IMG/VR virus record: IMGVR_UViG_3300043425_000347
DNA length: 64,000 nucleotides
From: an uncultured virus (IMG/VR IMGVR_UViG_3300043425_000347)
Lineage: Duplodnaviria; Heunggongvirae; Uroviricota; Caudoviricetes
Direction: 5' to 3' (one strand)
This document shows, one piece after another, positions 62,057 through 64,000 of this stretch; the stretch's first letter is position 1, and each line of letters opens with the position of its first letter. The notes beneath the pieces were generated by a model. It ran no database searches. It was not told the DNA's origin and was given only the letters and a program-made list of their open reading frames with translations. The translations under genes and the position numbers were made by a program.

Positions 62057-63460
62057 ATGCCTACATGGAAAAATCTACGTGAAGCACACCAGTTTATGGA
62101 CTACGTGTTCTTGAAAGCCGCACGCATCGTGTCCGATGGCGTGCATGAGCGCGTCCGCTACGGCGAGTACCGCACTGTTGTGCCGGGCCGTCCGTGGTTC
62201 AACCAGCAACGCACACGTCATGCACTGCACCCTGCTGTGCACGAGATCATGACCGAGTACAAGTACCGCCCGCATAACTGGCATCAACTGTTGCTTGAGT
62301 GGCCACACAAGTCCATCACGGACCCCAACAGGCTGGCCTACACACGTGATGAGAAGTCAGCTATGCATGGCGGTGACAGCGACATCAAAGCGCAGGTGAC
62401 TACCATCGGTAAGTATCTGACGCGTCACTTCCCTGACGCACCATCCAATCTTATCCGTGACGTTGCGGCCAAGTTCACATACGGCGGCTCGACCAGCATC
62501 ACCAACGACATGGACAAGATGGTGTACGCAGTCATCAACGGCCCTCGCTCGTGTATGAGTAGCCACTTCGACATCAGGTGCGATGACGGCAAAACACGCC
62601 ATCCCTACGAGGTGTATGACCCATCGCTTGGCTGGGGTATGGCTGTGCGCTCCGAGGAGGGTGAGGTGCTGGGCCGTTGCCTTGTGCATGAGAGCGATGA
62701 GGGCAAGGGGTTTGTGCGCTCATACAAACGTGAGCGTGATGCGCGTTCGCACTCTGGTGCTGACGAGGCCATCGAGGTGTACCTGCAAAGTCTCGGCTAT
62801 GCCAAGTGGCGTGGCTGGCCTGAGCACGTGCGTATCATGCGCTATCCCCTGCGCCGTAACGGATTATTGATGCCATACATTGACGGCGGCAATCAGCACG
62901 TTGAGGAGGACGACGATGTGTTGCGTATCAGTAGCTACGATGGGTGGGAGGCGTGCAGTACCAGCGGCATGATCAACGGCAACGAGCATACGTGTGAGGA
63001 CTGCGGCGCTGGGTTCGACGATGACGATGGCGGCTGGACTGGTATCCATGAGGAGCACCATGTGTGCCAGCACTGTCTCGACAACGACTACACCTATGCG
63101 TACAGCCGCAGGGGTAACGAGTACTACATCCGCAACGACGATGTGGTCGAAGTCAATGGCTCGTGGTATGACATCAACCATCTGTCTGACAACAACATCG
63201 TCGAGTTGCACGATGGTGAGTACGAGGACCTTGACAACGCGGTGTACATCGAGTCAGAGGGTGCGTACTACCACGTTGACGATGACGACATCTGCCACGC
63301 CGAGGACACTGGCCGGTACGAGTTGAAACATGACTGCTGGCAGTGTGAGGAGTCACGCAACTGGTACACCGAGGACACCGACTACGTTGAAGTAGATGGT
63401 GACAAGTACCACCCTGACCATGCGCCTGAGCAAGAGACCAACGACACTGAAACAAACTGA
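62057..63460 (+). CDS. hypothetical protein with an SCM/GRCLV domain and a very acidic CxxC-containing C-terminus
   Basis: AAGGAGAAAGCAAAATG leader; CEDC, CQHC, CWQC; Asp/Glu/Tyr-rich repeats. Confidence 0.7.
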   Translation: MPTWKNLREAHQFMDYVFLKAARIVSDGVHERVRYGEYRTVVPGRPWFNQQRTRHALHPAVHEIMTEYKYRPHNWHQLLLEWPHKSITDPNRLAYTRDEKSAMHGGDSDIKAQVTTIGKYLTRHFPDAPSNLIRDVAAKFTYGGSTSITNDMDKMVYAVINGPRSCMSSHFDIRCDDGKTRHPYEVYDPSLGWGMAVRSEEGEVLGRCLVHESDEGKGFVRSYKRERDARSHSGADEAIEVYLQSLGYAKWRGWPEHVRIMRYPLRRNGLLMPYIDGGNQHVEEDDDVLRISSYDGWEACSTSGMINGNEHTCEDCGAGFDDDDGGWTGIHEEHHVCQHCLDNDYTYAYSRRGNEYYIRNDDVVEVNGSWYDINHLSDNNIVELHDGEYEDLDNAVYIESEGAYYHVDDDDICHAEDTGRYELKHDCWQCEESRNWYTEDTDYVEVDGDKYHPDHAPEQETNDTETN

Positions 63461-63473
63461 AGGAGAAACATCC

Positions 63474-64000
63474 ATGACAACACTCAACAAACAATCCATC
63501 CTGTACAAAACCTTGGCACGTGCGCTGTCCATGATGCGCCCACACAACAGCGAGGGTACACGCCGCCTGACTGACTGGCTCGAACAGCGTGCCCCTGCTC
63601 ATGCACGCACACATCGTGATGGTGCGGGTAACCTGCACGTGGACACACGCATCAGCCCTACCAACCGGACGCTGTTCGTTGCACACGTTGACACTGTGCA
63701 CCGCAAGGAAGGCCCCAACAAGATCAAGCAGACCAACACGCACTGGTACGCTGACGGGGCAGCTCTCGGTGCCGATGATGGCGCTGGCGTTGCGATGCTC
63801 ATGCACCTGCTACACGCTGGCGTTGATGCTTACTATGTGTTCACGCAAGGCGAGGAGTGTGGCGGCATCGGTGCTACGCATCTTGCCAAGACCCAGAGAG
63901 AACTTCTCTCTGAGTTCGACCGCGCCATTGCCTTTGACCGCAGGGGTATCGACAGCGTCATCACGCACCAAGGCCGGGGTCGCTGCTGCTCTGATGCGTT
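63474..64000 (+). CDS. M20/M28-family zinc peptidase (truncated by the window edge)
   Basis: Hand translation: ...FVAHVDTVH...LGADDGAGV...FTQGEECGGIG...AIAFDRRG. Confidence 0.85.
   Translation, partial: MTTLNKQSILYKTLARALSMMRPHNSEGTRRLTDWLEQRAPAHARTHRDGAGNLHVDTRISPTNRTLFVAHVDTVHRKEGPNKIKQTNTHWYADGAALGADDGAGVAMLMHLLHAGVDAYYVFTQGEECGGIGATHLAKTQRELLSEFDRAIAFDRRGIDSVITHQGRGRCCSDA

Larger units (their letters stand above)
58897..63911. repeat. seven dispersed palindromes AGAGAGA-N2-4-TCTCTCT
   Basis: 58897-58912, 59147-59162, 59673-59688, 60996-61012, 61228-61245, 61970-61986, 63895-63911. Confidence 0.9.

Noticed and set aside
58897..63911. Palindromic repeats as a CRISPR array
   Set aside because: Spacing is irregular (about 230-1900 bp), copies lie inside genes, and there is no cas operon.

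Overview
This window is most of the genome of a tailed dsDNA phage with podovirus-like head, tail and ejection genes. It is probably circularly permuted, because the window ends inside an early gene. The host is unknown. There are two opposed blocks. The + strand early/middle block (58.7-64 kb, continuing at 0.1-18 kb) has many small hypothetical genes, a Rap1a-like protein, DUF3310, VRR-NUC, family A DNA polymerase (Leu762 type), Cas4-like exonuclease, HNH, SNF2 helicase, SSB-like protein, HTH regulator and AEP primase/DUF927 helicase. The - strand late block (58.2 to 18 kb) has terminase, portal, GroES, scaffold, major capsid, small basic virion proteins, adaptors, a 2040-aa repetitive tail adhesin, a lysis cassette, ejection proteins and a 2976-aa polyvalent protein. 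No integrase, RNA polymerase, reverse transcriptase, tRNA or CRISPR array was recognised. The strongest unexplained signal is a candidate ~85-nt small RNA at the early/late junction (about 58316-58401). It has its own sigma70-like promoter and intrinsic terminator. Its pyrimidine-rich seed is the exact reverse complement (10-15 nt) of an extended ribosome-binding motif in front of at least 11 early/middle genes, which suggests a phage-encoded multi-target anti-RBS switch. Other notable signals are seven AGAGAGA-N2-4-TCTCTCT palindromes confined to the early region, two candidate structured RNAs, an ori-like region with an IHF box, and a recurring [MFYL]-x-x-G-G motif in virion proteins. All calls come from reading the sequence; no searches were run.
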